A stretch of DNA of 64,000 nt from Marsupella aquatica (GCA_973895155.1 OZ316891.1:20720169-20784168), one strand, 5' to 3'; counted from the stretch's first letter, positions 36,408 to 49,853 are shown. Numbers and translations: made by a program. The notes: generated by a model from the letters alone, not told the origin.

Positions 36408-37994
36408 ACTCACTTTCAGCTCCATACTTGCTCCTAGTATGGGCCAACCCAGTTTTGTAGCAAATTAAGCTAGTGATTTCTTTAGTATTTTAGAAAGTAA
36501 CCTAGAAGGTATGGTTTCAAGAGTCAACGAAAGAGGTATTTGCCGAGGTGGAGAATCTTTATAAGCTGTGAGCGTAAGCTGAGGTCCTGGTGAAATCCAA
36601 AGTATCAATTGTGTGAGTATTGAGCAAATTGCTTTCGAGTCTCATGATATATGAGTCATCTCCGTTTTAGAGGACCAATGATACCTCCGACTTTGCTAGT
36701 GCATTGCAAGTTGGCAGGTCATGTTTAAAAACCTATTTTCGTCAAGAACAACTGATAAATCAGCTATGCAAAACATATCTTTCCATGTCTACCAAAAGGC
36801 TGGATGAAGCCTTCAACCTTGATCCCAGAGAGATCAAAAACATTTACAGGAAATTCATCAGCCCAACCTTTCCTGATTCCCGGAGTGGATATGGATATTC
36901 CATTGTAGACAAGTATCTCAATCGGAATATGGAACATCTATGCTGGAAAGAACCAATTGATTTATATCCCTATTGCAGACAAGTCTCTCGCTCAGAACAT
37001 GTAACATGTCTGCTAGAAATAAACACTTCATAAATCATCTGCACCCAAAGGGTGAGGGGCTCATTATCAAGTGTCAGACCATTTAGGAGATGTGATCAAA
37101 AGAGATCTAATCCATGTATCATCTCTACAAGAATAAATTCTAGCCTTTGACACTTGGTTTTCTTCCTTGTTTAGGCCCATGTTCCTTTCGTTTTAAACTG
37201 CAAAAGAAAAAGGGCTGAATGGATTGGAAAATGGGCTGAATGGATTGGAAAATGGGCTAGAAAAAACTCGGAAAACAAGGTAAGGAAGAAACATTGGATA
37301 TCCTCATTCAGATCACATTTGGGATCTCTCAACTGAGTTGATTAAGGCAACAATGGCAGTGAACAAGAGTGAATGAGAACAAATTCACAATGCCATTGTT
37401 GCTCAAATCAAATTAGGCAATTTAGAATCACAAACTAAGTCTTTGCTTGCCATTCGTTTTCCAGTTCAGAATTCACCATTCTGGATGGCAAAAAGTTTAA
37501 TTATTTGTAATTTTTTTTCAGACTTCTAGTGGTTGGCCATTTTATTATATCCCAGCCACAAATATTTCCCAATCTCCTTTTTCCCTCTACTTTGCTGTTA
37601 CCTAGCCAAAACCTAGCCAAAACATGTGTTGGCAGTCTAGTTCAACCAAAACATCCTTTTCTACAATATTTCACCTCTTATAAAGTTTTATCCAGGCTGT
37701 TGTGGATGCAATTGAATATCCTCCATTTAATTACTACAACACCCTGCATATTCTTGTAGCCCATCCTCTTTGGGATGTGAAAATTAGGCCAATGTTTTTA
37801 AATTAATTATTATTTCGATGAACCAGATCAGGACTATTCTATCTACACTTATGACTGAACTAGTTGCACTTTCTAAATCTGGAGCCTCGTGCTGGATAGG
37901 GTCCCACCCGCTACACTAGATTTTAGGTCCCTTCAGTTCTTCTGACTCGTTAGTTCCACTACAGTAAGATTGTCTAGTTGTGTGTAGTACAGGT

Positions 37995-38163
37995 TGTTAC
38001 ACCCTGGCTTATTTCCTGTTGGGTTGCCTGTCTTTATGCGTGCATTTCGTCCTTAATCACATCAGCCCACATGTTCAAAACACATGCTGTTTTATTTTAT
38101 TTGTCTCCAAACATGCACGCATAAAGACAGGCAACCCAACAGGAAATAAGCCAGGGTGTAACA
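37995..38163. repeat. Perfect inverted repeat with 51-bp arms and a 67-nt spacer
   Basis: 37995-38045 is the exact reverse complement of 38113-38163. Confidence 0.9.
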
Positions 38164-39141
38164 TTAAGGACGAAATGCAAGATCGAGGCGAGTTAATGCT
38201 GTTTAAGTCGCCCTAAATTGTGGACGGCTGTCCTCTGCCCGAGCAAGTTTGACCCTCAATTTGACCAAAAGCTCACTTTTTAAGTACCAGTAGTGGATGG
38301 GGCAAGCCACTCGAAAGTGCACCGCCTGGTGGGGGCTGCTCTAAGTGACAGTTCATAGGTTGCAATGTCCAAAAACACTAGTGCCTCCAGTACCCTTCTA
38401 GCACAAACCCCACCCAAAGTGGGGTACACTCCAAACCTTTGGTTGCAACCTTATAAAACTCAGGCAGTGGGAGGAGTAGGGGCTTAGGGGCACAAGGCTC
38501 ATAATGAGCCTTTGTCTTGCCTTTTGTCTTTATTCAAACCTGTGAGTATGGCGTGAGTGAATGTATTTACATGGTCCAGTACACAAATTTGATAAGAGAA
38601 TCTTGTAATACGAGAGGAGAAAGTTTACAAGTATAAATTATGGAGATCTTTAACTACAAAACTTCAGAAACTGAAGCTCAGATGGAGGATACATTGTCCC
38701 TGCCCATCCTAATGGATTGCCTGCAAAGTGTTATTAGTGAGTTTTACATTGAAATAGAAAAGGGAGTCATTTTGTGGATCGAAAATAGCCTGCAAACTGA
38801 AACACCTGGGGTCAGCAAACAACTACTTGGTCCATCCAAGTTTCAGTTTCAAACAATGAAATGAAAAATAGTGAATGGTTCACAAAGGCCCGGCGCAATC
38901 TGGGATAACACTACCACACAATCCAGGATATCACCACCATAATTTTGGTGTCAAGCTAGTAATTTTAATGAGTTTGTAGGATAGGATAGGAAAAAATGGT
39001 TCCATAAATTTCCTTTTTCTTCTCGAAAGTTATGTCACTTCATTCAATTCAATTCTAACATTCCGAACAGCTTTTTTTCGACCTTGACTGGAAGAACTTC
39101 CGGTCAAGTGGGGACCGGCGCCTGCAGTAACGGCGGTTACT

Positions 39142-39239
39142 GTACAGGTACGATTCGCTAACTGTTAGTAACGCCCGTACCTCCAGTAAGTAAGGTGTCC
39201 CAAAGTACGGTACACCCGGTGAGGTCCTTAGTACGGTAC
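39142..39239. promoter_or_regulatory. Cluster of GTAC / CCGTAC motifs (SBP-box / copper-response-element-like)
   Basis: Seven GTAC at 39142, 39148, 39177, 39205, 39210, 39231 and 39236, within a CpG-rich island. Confidence 0.45.
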
Positions 39240-39560
39240 CCCGTTCCTGTCAGCAATACGCACGCACGCACGAGCTGGATGAGATACGGACGACGGTGGA
39301 TGCGACGGTAGACGATACGTTTGATACGACTTGACTGCGAAACGTGTCATGAGTTTTGTGGACGTGTGTACTTCTTTGTCGTGGAAGTCTTTGTCTTGTA
39401 ACTGCGGTTAATGGCCAGTGTTTGCACCAGCTCTAACAAGCTCTGACCACGGTTAACTGGCTCTGTTTTCCTCTGATGATGGTGGTGATGGATTTCAGAT
39501 CGAGGCTGCTACATTTATATAGCAGAATATTGTCTAAAAAAACAGTGGTTAATGGGCTAA

Positions 39561-39902
39561 GGGCTGTCTTGCATGTGCAAGAGTCCTTGAAAAAGCTGCC
39601 CTTAGCAGCCCACACATCTAGGGAAAAACATGTAGGAAAAAAGTGTATGACAGGATATACACACAATCAAGAACAGCTTACGTGTGACGAGCCCACTCAG
39701 TTGTAGCTACAAGCCCACTCAGTTGTAGCTACTCGTGTTACGTCTGCTGTTTTGTTTTGTTGAGATTTGAAAGTTCGGGACCTTGCCCTTGCATCTCAAG
39801 CAAAGATGCTGTCAGGACTGCTGAACTGTCGCTTCATGAAGGAATGCCACAGGTTCATTTCAGGGCCGGAAAGCAACGGACCTTGCACATGCAAGATGGC
39901 CC
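39561..39902. mobile_element. Tourist-like (PIF/Harbinger) MITE
   Basis: Imperfect 25-bp TIRs GGGCTGTCTTGCATGTGCAAGAGTCC / GGACCTTGCACATGCAAGATGGCCC, flanked by TAA and TCA. Confidence 0.45.
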
Positions 39903-41149
39903 TCAGTCTTGCACCAGCTCTAACTACCTCTGATAACCGTGGTTTTGGATTTTCAGATTAAGGCTGCTACATTTATATGGCAAGAACTGTGGAGTAATTT
40001 GGAGTGGCAAGTTTTCCAAGTAATGTTTGGATGGATCACTCTCATAACCTTGCAACCCAGATGGACCAGGTTATGCTGACTAGAAAAGGGTGTATTTCTT
40101 TCCAAAGAAAAAGTGCCATCTGAGTTGTGCTGGTTCATGCTGGCATTTTGTCAAAACTTAAGGTCCATTAGTGTCATAAAGCGTTTTGTCCATGCAGTTT
40201 AAACTTTGTCAATGCTTCACCTTCCTGTTGGAAAAAAGTTCTAGGGCTCTTTTCCTTGAAAAAAGAACTTTCTCAAAGATAGTTTTATGTTCTATTCTAT
40301 ACACTGCTAGATCTTTCAGATCTAGAAGACAATTATTTGGAGGTGTGACAATTTGACGCTCAACTCACGAGATTTGACAAAAAGGATTAGGAGAAGGAGG
40401 GTAATAGGGTGTGTCAAATAATAAAGCTAGAGTGACTTCCAACCAGGACAGACTACGGGAATACTATAGTGCCATCTTGGTTTGAGCAGGAGCTGCAAGA
40501 GATATTATCCAGGAAGTAACATAACACTAAATATTATTCTCCTGTCTTAGTTCTCTAATTTTAAAAGTAACGTGTATACTAAACAGTGAGTGTTTACACT
40601 AAGATGCTTAGAACACTCTTAAACTGACTACATCACCATATTCTTTTGCAGTTTCACATTTATGCATTCTTAATATTTTTTCAGGGTCCCATTTTTTTAA
40701 TTAGTTGTTTTTCCCAGCAATATATTTCTTAAGTAATGCTCCAATGAACCACTCCCATGAACCTTGCAAGCCACATGGACCAGATTACTATTGATCAGAG
40801 AAGTGTGGATTTTTTTACAAAGAAAGAGTCGGGAAAGGAGTGTTTTTCAGAGTACAAAAATGTTTTTCTTGCTGTTCATTTGGGTGTGGCTTTTTCATCC
40901 AGACTTTTTATCAAACATTTTGGTCCATGGGGGCTTTAGTTCCATGCTTTGCTCTACATAAGTAGAAGCTCATTTATGTTCAATTAGTTCAGACAACTCC
41001 TCACACACTGTGCCATTTTCAGAGACTCAGCGAGCCCTCAATCTCCATTTGAACACCTGCAAAACCCCAACTTCAGTTATGGCACAAAGCTACCCTGTGA
41101 ATTCACCATGGACCCTTAACTGTCCATGGGTGTAAAATACAACAAAAAA

Positions 41150-41425
41150 TCTTACCAACGAAGTGATAGTGAATTTTTGGCCATTTTGATTGAGTTAATC
41201 ATCATGAGAAGCTGAGGGGTAAATTCTAATAGAATAATTTTATTGTGTTAATATGAAATATTAATGCTTGCGGTTTCGCATGTCTCTTCCTTCTCTAGTT
41301 TAAAACTATAAATTATTTGAAAACTTTATAATCATCAAGTTATATGTTATATGTCCAAAATTCACATGGACCACCAAAATGTGGTACATGGGTGCACAGT
41401 GTCCAACGTGGAGGTCCATCCAGGG
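41150..41425 (-). repeat. Dispersed repeat, inverse paralog of about 1245-1276 plus 1643-1890, lacking the solo LTR
   Basis: Reverse complement 'cctggatggacctccacgttggacac..accacattttggtggtccatg' matches the flanks of the 1277-1637 solo LTR. Confidence 0.65.
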
Positions 41426-43120
41426 GTCTCAAGCTACTGTAGTTAGGAAAAAGGTGGAAGAGTTTATACTTGTATAAAGGACATGTACTTAGAAATAGGG
41501 TACTGTACTTGACCGAAATGAGATTTAGACCAGGCCATACCGTACGTGCCGTCCCACCCGTGCAGTTAGCGATGTCTGGAACAGTTAGGCTTGAGCCTGA
41601 CCGGAGCTAGCCATGCGGATTGGGGGCACTCACTGACATAATTAATTATTTGGGGGGAATCATACTTGACACGCTAAAGCAACTGCTCCCAATTTAGCTG
41701 GAACGTATTGCGGAAGTCGTGCAGCACCAGGACAAAACGGCACCCAATTTTAAATACATTCAAAACCAGATAAAAACAATTAGTACGGAGAGGGGAATTT
41801 AGGAATAAAAATAAGGGGGGGAGCAATCTAGCAACATCTGCTACAAATTGGCACACAATATTTAAATGGAATCAAATAATCATGCCATAAAAAAGGATTA
41901 GTAAGGAAAAGGAAACATTAAAAAGGATTAGTACGGAGAATAAAACTTTGGGAATCAAAACATCGGGAAGAGTCATGGAGCACAGCACCAGCTGTAGTTA
42001 CAAACTGGCACTCAATTTTTAGACGGAATCAAATACTTTAGCAAGGAAAAGGGAAATTTAGGAGTTATCTTAGGTTAAGGAGGTGGAGGTGGAGGTTTTT
42101 AAAGCATCTTCTTTGAAGTCTATCCAGGCCTTTCCAGAAAAGCAAATCTCGCTGAAGTTACAAAATGGCACTCAAGTTTAAGAAATTGAATTCCATATGG
42201 ACCTCCAAATTGCCAAATGGTTAAATAGACTTTTTCAACCTGGTGGACCCGAGGGAAACCCTCTTCTGCTCATACAACACATATTACACTACAAGTGGAA
42301 TGTGACAGAAAAGATGTGGCAATTAATTGAGATTTCCACTAGCTATGGAGTAATTTGAATGTGAAAGTTACTTAGTTGCTCCAAAAATTTGGAAGTGCAA
42401 AATGTGGACAATAAGTGGTAGAGTAATTGTTAGAAATTCATCTGTCCCTCAATGTTGTGGACATGAGAGATGTTAGACTGGCTGGAAAGTACTTTCCAGA
42501 GCAGCTTTCAATGAGCCCATCTGTTTGGTATCAAAGGAGATATCATTGAAGGTCAAACTTTGTTGCTGAAAGTTTTGCTGAAAAAGAAAGATGTCAATAA
42601 ATGAAAGTGTAAAAAATTTCAATAGAAAGAACAAAAATTTACACAAAAAAGAATAAACAAAGTACAATGAAGGGAAAGTAAAAGAGACCCAAACAGGACA
42701 AACTCTAAACATAAGAAAAGAAGAAAAAGGCAAATGCAACAGGGAAAACTGAAAAAGAAGAAGAAGAAAAATGGCACACTAGTAAAGGTGTCACTGCCCA
42801 TGGGGTTTGCATTGCTCACGGGCTCTCTTCATGGGAGCATCATCAATTTTCATTTTCTCATCTTGTGGCATTTCTTGAAAATGGAAAACTACTATTAGCC
42901 AGGATATTTGTTTTCAATCTGCCTGTTTCTCTTAGCCACAGACCCCACTAGGCAGAATTTGATGGTTACCCTTAAATCTGGGAGATCTAATCTGTCAAAA
43001 CTTAAATCTATGAATTACTATTTTGTCCCACTTGCAGATTTAGTGCATGACACTAGATGTCTACCATTAGTTCTAGGTACATTACTTTAGATGTGTACAT
43101 TAGTCCATCCTTCTAGTGCC

Positions 43121-46100
43121 TGTTAGATATTGCTCTAGTCTTGTGACTCTTGTGCCAACCACAGTTAGGCTAACTCAGGTTAGGACCTAGCTAAGGTTAG
43201 CGGTAGTGCTGTTGTGCATATAGCCAGGGCTGATGCCAGACCCTGGTGGAACAAAGGCTCATTGTTATGGAGCTAGTTGAGAGATAGGAAGAGCTTGTGC
43301 TGTGGATGCTTGGTATGGCCGGTCGGCCTAGAGTGCAGTAAAGCTCTTGTATGTTCCCGTGGACGTAGCCTCATGTGGAGGTGAACCACGTATCTCTCTG
43401 TGTCGACTCTTGTGCGTTGGATGGTTCATGGGCTTGCCGTTACGAATGTCGTCTATGCTCAACAAGTGGTATCAGAGCATGCCTGGGAGGTGACGAGGTT
43501 TTTTCGTGACAGGTTTTTTCCAGCGTTCATTGTCGATGGTACATTCAGAGTTTCATCGCATGAAACTTGAATGTGTGTGGCTGTGCGGATAGGTTAGTGA
43601 GAGGGCTTTCTAACGGTGGTTAGAACTCGCTGATCGGTATCCGTGGTGCGAAGGAATCGAAGTTTGCGTCGTTCAGGTTTTATTCGTGTTCGACGGTTTT
43701 TTGGGGGAGAGACCAGAGTTTGTGTTTTCAACAGTGTGAGCTGTGCGGTGCGGGAGGCGTCGCATGTTGTAGCTCAAGTTGAAGGTTGAAGCAAGCTGAT
43801 CGTTTCGGTAGTTGATTTATTGCCGAGTTGTTACTGAGTGCGACGTGACGAGTGACGGAGGCGTTCAGGTTTTTTCACAAGCTATGGAGCTTGTTCTCAT
43901 CTGAACCGGGTTTCTCTTCGTGACGTCCGACTCGGTGGAAGAAACGCGAAGTGCTACGGCTCAACGGTTTGATCGCGGCGAAGCGGTCGTTTTGAGCCCG
44001 GGATTGGCACTTGATGCGGAGTGAAGGCGACGCGACGGAATTTTTTTATTCTGCTGGAGCAGTAGACTGCGCCGGTGCAATTCGGCAACATTTCTCGTCG
44101 GCGGCGTTCACTTTACTCGTGAGAAGCAACGGCGTTCAAGGTGTGTAAACGGCTTTTTTGTTTTAAAGTCAAATCTTGGCTTTGGTTAGGGCCACTTTTA
44201 GTGTGTATACACACCCTCCCGGCCCTTGGTCCCCCATCGTTTCCCCTTGTACACCCGACCCCCCCGCACCTTGTTTTCCCCTCATCCTTCAGCCGCGGCG
44301 ACGAGCTGCGCAACACCGGCCGACGCTTTTTGTGCGCTCGTATGCCCTCCGCCATACTGTGTCGGTCGCTACCGCGGCACCGCCTTGTCATCGTATGCCT
44401 AGCCCTTTGCGGCTCTACGCTGCTTGTACGCGGCTGTACCCTCATCCCGCCCCGACGCCGGCCATACGCCCTTCGTACCCCCGACCCTTTACGGGGTATT
44501 TTAGGCTTTAAGGGGCTTAAGCACCCCCTTTAGTGCCCATTTTTAGCCTTTTTTTCCCTCTCATTAGTTTGTCCCATGTGCCGGGACCTGCCGCCCTCCG
44601 TTTTAACCGCTTGGACAGGGGGAACTGCCCCCTGTGAGACCTGCTGTACTGTGCGGGGTCTCACCCTGAAAAACAGAGAGCTATTTTTGGCCGTTCGACA
44701 AAGATTCCGTCTGCCGAACGGTAACTTTTTTGGTTCTTTTTCGGTGAGGACGTTGCCACTGGAGTTAGCAACGCAGCGCACCGATCACATCGCGATTCCG
44801 ACGACGGGTTGTACTGGGTATTTTGGTTATTCTCCGAGGTGGTCAAAACGAGGGAGTTTTCCAAGGTTTTACCCACCCCGACCAAAATTTGAATAACTTT
44901 TCTGTCAAATTTTGATTTTGATTTTGGCTTTCAGTATTGGACTCCTAGCTTCGTGGGCTACGCGGTGGTGTTGAGTTTTGAGTTTTATGAGAAGTTTCAA
45001 AAAAAGACGTTTTTTCATGATTGTTTCATATGAGTGACTCGGAGGATACTGGAAGAATTGGCGTCGATAGAGCTTCAGGATCACGACGGTCAAACGGTGA
45101 GTCTGAGGAGGAGTTGCTACCGTTTGAGGAAGAACTAGTGACACCGGTACGATCACCGGTGCGGCGTGCAGTGGAGGAAGCTGTGTTACTACCAGAGCTG
45201 TCGATAGTGGGAAAGAAGAGGGAGATGGCAAGATTCAGAGGAGTAAAGTTTGAGGTGGAGAAGTACGATGGTCATACTGACTACTTGCTGTGGGAGAAGC
45301 AAGTGAAGGGTGTTCTACGGGCCATGGGCTTAGCTCATCTGCTCTCTTCGCGAGAGCAGTATGATGGAGAGGAGGAGATTTCTTTGAGACAGTGGAGACA
45401 GGAGCAGGTGATTGCTGTCAATGCAGTGATGCTATATCTCAAGCCGCACATCATCAAGCAACTGGATGATTATGCGGATTGCACGTCACTGTTCAAGGCT
45501 CTAAGAGAGAAGTACTACCGGGAAGATGCGTCAGACCGGCTGTACAAGAAGTCTCTCTTGATGAGCCTTAGGCTCAAGGAAGGGAGCAAGATGCAGGATC
45601 ACCTAGATGAATTTGACAGTCTTGCGGTGGATTTGTCAAACCTGGGAAAAGGAGTTGAAGATGAGGATAAGGCCTTGCTTCTGCTAAGCTCCTTACCGCC
45701 GTCTTATCAGGGCTTGAAACAGGTGCTCTTGTACAGAGATCTGAAGTCCATTTCGTATAATGAGGTGGTGAGCTCATTATTGTCTGATGATGCTCAGAAG
45801 AAGCTAGGTCAATCACAGACAGCATCTTCTTCTGGCACTGCGCTCAATGTAAAACAGGGGAAGAGCAGCGCAGTGCACGAATGGGCAGAACAGGTTTAGA
45901 TCTACATCACAGGGGAGATCTAAATCCAGAGGGAAATCGCAAGAGAAGAAGCCTCTTGCATGTTGGAATTGTGGCAAGGCTGGCCAGATGAAAAGGGATT
46001 GTCGAGTAAAGGTCCCTACTGCCTCTGCTAATGCGGCATCGAGCTCGCATGAGGTAGATTTACTCGATGATGATGACATATTGTGATGTCAAAGTTATGC

Positions 46101-49100
46101 TCTCAACGTAGTGTCAAATCCAGGTAAAGATGACTGGATTCTAGATAGTGCATGTACTTTTCACATTTGCTCTAGAAGAGATTGTTTCAGTTCTTACACG
46201 GTTTCCAACGGGTCAGTGTTGATGGGAAATGGAATCCCATGTCAAGTTGTTGGACTTGGATCTGTAAGATTTCAGATGTTTGATGGTGTTGTGAGAACGT
46301 TGAGGAATGTGAGACATATTCCCAGCATGATGAAAAATCTCATTTCACTTGGAGTTTTAGAGGCAAATGGCCATCATTGGAGTTTTGCTAATGGTGTCCT
46401 TCAGGTTTCAACTGGTACTAAAGTTGTATTGAAGGGAAAGAGACATAGCAATCTATACGTTTTGGAGGGCAATGTAGTTTGTGATGAAGCCAATGTAACC
46501 TTATCTCATGAGGAGACGGCCCGGCTGTGGCACTTCCGTTTGGGCCACATGAGTGAAAAAGGTTTGGTTATTCTTCAGAAGAAAGGATTACTTTCTAATT
46601 TGCAATCTTGTAAGTTGGAATTTTGTGAGCACTGTGTGCTAGGGAAGCAGCACAGGAAACCCTTCGGAGTTGGAACTCACACCAGCAAGGAGGTACTTGA
46701 GTATGTACATAGTGATGTGTGGGGTCCAGCCCCTACTCCCTCACATTCTAGACGGTTATACTATGTCACGTTCATAGACGATTACTCAAGGTATGTGTGG
46801 ATATACTTTCTACACAATAAGTCTGATGTTTTTGCCACTTTTAAGGAGTGGAAAGCCCAAGTTGAGAATCAGACTGGTAATAAGGTGAGATATCTTCGAT
46901 CGGATAACGGCGGTGAATACAGTTCCGGTGAATTTGGAACGTATTGTAAGGAGCAGGGGATCACCCGCCATCTCACAACAAGTTATACTCCTCAGTAGAA
47001 TGGTGTTTCTGAGAGACTCAACCGAACACTATTGGATCGCTCGAGGAGTATGTTGAGTCAATCATGCTTACCACATGAGTTTTGGGCTGAAGTTGTCAAC
47101 ACTGCAGCTTATTTGATAAATTTTTCTCCATCCAGTTCTATTGGATTCAAGACGCCATTTGAAATGAGGTACGGGCGTCCAACAGATTACTCACATCTGA
47201 GGATTTTTGGATATGATGCTTATGTGCTTACACCTTCCCAGCTTCGATCCAAGCTGGAGTCCAAGTCGAAGAAGTGCATTTTCCTTGGCTATCAGAAAGG
47301 TGTTAAGGGTTATAGGTTGTGGGATCCAGTAACCTGTAAACTAATTGTCAGTAGAGATGTGTCCTTTAATGAATCCAGATCATCAAAGGAGGGGGAGAGT
47401 TCTTAGGACTCCCATACTGACAAGGGGAAATCTCCCATCCCGGACCGGGTTGAGGGGGAGATTAGTCATGATCCAGTTCATGACAGGAGAGATGGAGAAG
47501 CTTCGGGCTTGGAGCTGGTTCCTATGATGGAACAAGAGCAGATTGTTGCTGGGGTACCTCAAATTCAACCAACAACAGTTGCAGATCAGCCTGAGTCATC
47601 TACTAGAAGAACTTCCAGTCGTTCTACTAGAGCTCCTACCAGGTATGGTCAATGGGCAGACTCATCTAAGCTAGATGATATTGACATTGCACCTGATGAA
47701 GATGATATGGCTTTGATCTTGGAAGAAAGAGAGCCTTCTTCGTATAGTGAGGCTTGTGCTTCAGAGCAGAAGCATGAGTGGAATGCAACAATGCAGAGGG
47801 AGTTGCAATCTTTGAGTGACAACAAGACATGGGAGCTGGTGGAGCTTCCAAGAGGTCAGCAAGTGGTGGACAGCAAGTGGATTTACAAGTTGAAGGACAG
47901 TCCTTCAGAGGGTGGAGATAAGATCTACAAGGCACGGCTTGTTGCCAAGGGATTCACTCAGGAGAAAGGAGTGGATTACAATGAGGTCTTTTCACCGGTA
48001 GTTAAGTATTCCACAATTCGGATCTTGTGTCAGCTTGTTGTGTTTTTTGGTCTGGTGATGGATCAGATGGATGTTGTTACTACTTTTCTCTATGGCAACT
48101 TGGAAGAGATGATCTTCATGAGACAACCACTAGGCTTTATGAAGATGGGCCAAGAGAACTTAGTTTGCAGATTGCTCAAGTCCTTGTATGGATTGAAGCA
48201 GTCTCCCAGACAATGGAACAAGCGGTTTGATGATTTCATGCTTGCTCAAGGTTTTACAAGGATGGTGTATGATCCTTGTGTGTATACGAAATCAGTCAAG
48301 AATGATGCATTCGGTTTCATCATTCTGGTGATCTATGTGGATGACATGCTGATTGTGGCTAAAGATCAATTTGAGGTTGACAGTCTCAAGGCGAAATTGA
48401 GTACTGAATTCAGGATGAAGGATCTTGGTAAGGCCAAGAGGATCTTAGGGATGGAGATTTTTAGGAACTCTGAGACTGGACAGTTGTGCTTGAGTCAAGG
48501 TCATTATGCGAGGAAAGTACTTGCACGATTTAACATGGAAAATTGTAAGCCAGTGAGTATTCCTTTAGCTTCACATTTCAAGTTATCATCGGCTTTCTCT
48601 CCTACGGATGCTGTGGAGAAAGGTCTGATGACTAAGATTCCTTATGAGAAGGCAGTAGGCAGTCTGATGTATTTGATGACTTGTACTAGGCCTGACTTGG
48701 CCCTAGCGATGGGCAAGGTTAGCAGATTCATGTCAAATCCAGGGAAGGTACACTGGGAAGCTGTGAAATGGATTCTCAGGTATGTGAAGGGAACACAGGA
48801 CTATGGATTACTATTTGATAACAGATCAGATAGAACGTTGATTGGCTATGTAGATTCTGACTATGGAGGCTGTCTGGATACAAGGAGGTCTACAACTGGG
48901 TTTGTATACACTCTTGGAGGAGGATGTATCAGTTGGAAATCTACCTTGCAGAAGTGCATATCTCAGTCTACTACAGAAGCAGAGTATGTTGCAGCAGCAG
49001 AAGCAGCAAAGGAAGCAATTTGGTTGGATAAGTTGATCGCGGAGATGGGTTTAGAGCATGGAAAAATGACTCTAAACTGTGATAGTCAGAGTGCTCTTCA

Positions 49101-49853
49101 CTTGGCTGCTAACCAGGTGATGGATAGTAGGGTGAAGCACATTGATATCAGGTACCATTTTATCAGGCAAGCAGTGTCTGATAAAACTTTTGAGCTAGTC
49201 AAGATTGATGGAAAGCTCAATCCCGCTGATGCCTTTACCAAAGTGATTCCTTTGGAGAGTTTCTCAAGACACCGTGCTACTTTGCAGGTTTTGCAGTTGT
49301 AGTGCAAGTAGAGTTATTTAGCAATGTGTGACTATTTGTATATGGATTACTCATTCCTGTTAGGCTACGACTTAGTTCTAGTTAACCCTTAGTTAACCCT
49401 TGTGGTTTTTAGGGGGAGACCTGGTTTGGTGATTGTCTAGAACTTCCCGCTGAGGATTCCATATGGTAGCTTTTAGTCCAGTCCCCAAGACAAGAGTCAA
49501 GGGGGAGTTTGTTAGATATTGCTCTAGTCTTGTGACTCTTGTGCTAACCACAGTTAGGCTAACTCAGGTTAGGACCTAGCTAAGGTTAGCGGTAGTGCTG
49601 TTGTGCATATAGCCAGGGCTGATGCCAGACCCTGGTGGAACAAAGGCTCATTGTTATGGAGCTAGTTGAGAGATAGGAAGAGCTTGTGCTGTGGATGCTT
49701 GGTATGGCCGGTCGGCCTAGAGTGCAGTAAAGCTCTTGTATGTTCCCGTGGACGTAGCCTCATGTGGAGGTGAACCACGTATCTCTCTGTGTCGACTCTT
49801 GTGCGTTGGATGGTTCATGGGCTTGCCGTTACGAATGTCGTCTATGCTCAACA
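43121..49853 (+). mobile_element. Full-length Ty1/copia LTR retrotransposon (Tnt1/Tork-like)
   Basis: LTRs 43121-43464 and 49510-49853 (344 bp, TG..CA, one mismatch seen). TSD GTGCC. PBS TGGTATCAGAGC (tRNA-iMet) at 43467-43478. PPT AAGGGGGAG before the 3' LTR. Domain order gag-PR-IN-RT-RNaseH. Confidence 0.98.
45029..49302 (+). pseudogene. Disrupted copia gag-pol polyprotein
   Basis: Gag KFEVEKYDG and LLSSLPPSY, Zn-knuckle remnant CWNCGKAGQMKRDC, PR WILDSAC, GAG-pre-integrase LWHFRLGH, IN HSDVWGP and LRSDNGGEY, RT YVDDML, RNaseH CDSQSA and KHIDIRYHF. A +1 frameshift lies near 45856, with stops at 46084, 46996 and 47404. The start coordinate is approximate. Confidence 0.92.

Noticed and set aside
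36704-37033. 109-aa ORF downstream of RH17
   Set aside because: Non-ATG start and no recognisable motif. It could be a decayed TE fragment, but this cannot be supported.
39561-39902. miRNA precursor from the 25-bp inverted repeat
   Set aside because: The arms are about 290 nt apart, with GGGC termini and 3-bp flanks that fit a Tourist-like MITE better. No known miRNA sequence was recognised.
44113-44896. Overlapping GC-rich ORFs in the copia 5' leader
   Set aside because: Expected from GC-rich untranslated leader sequence, with no domain similarity recognised.
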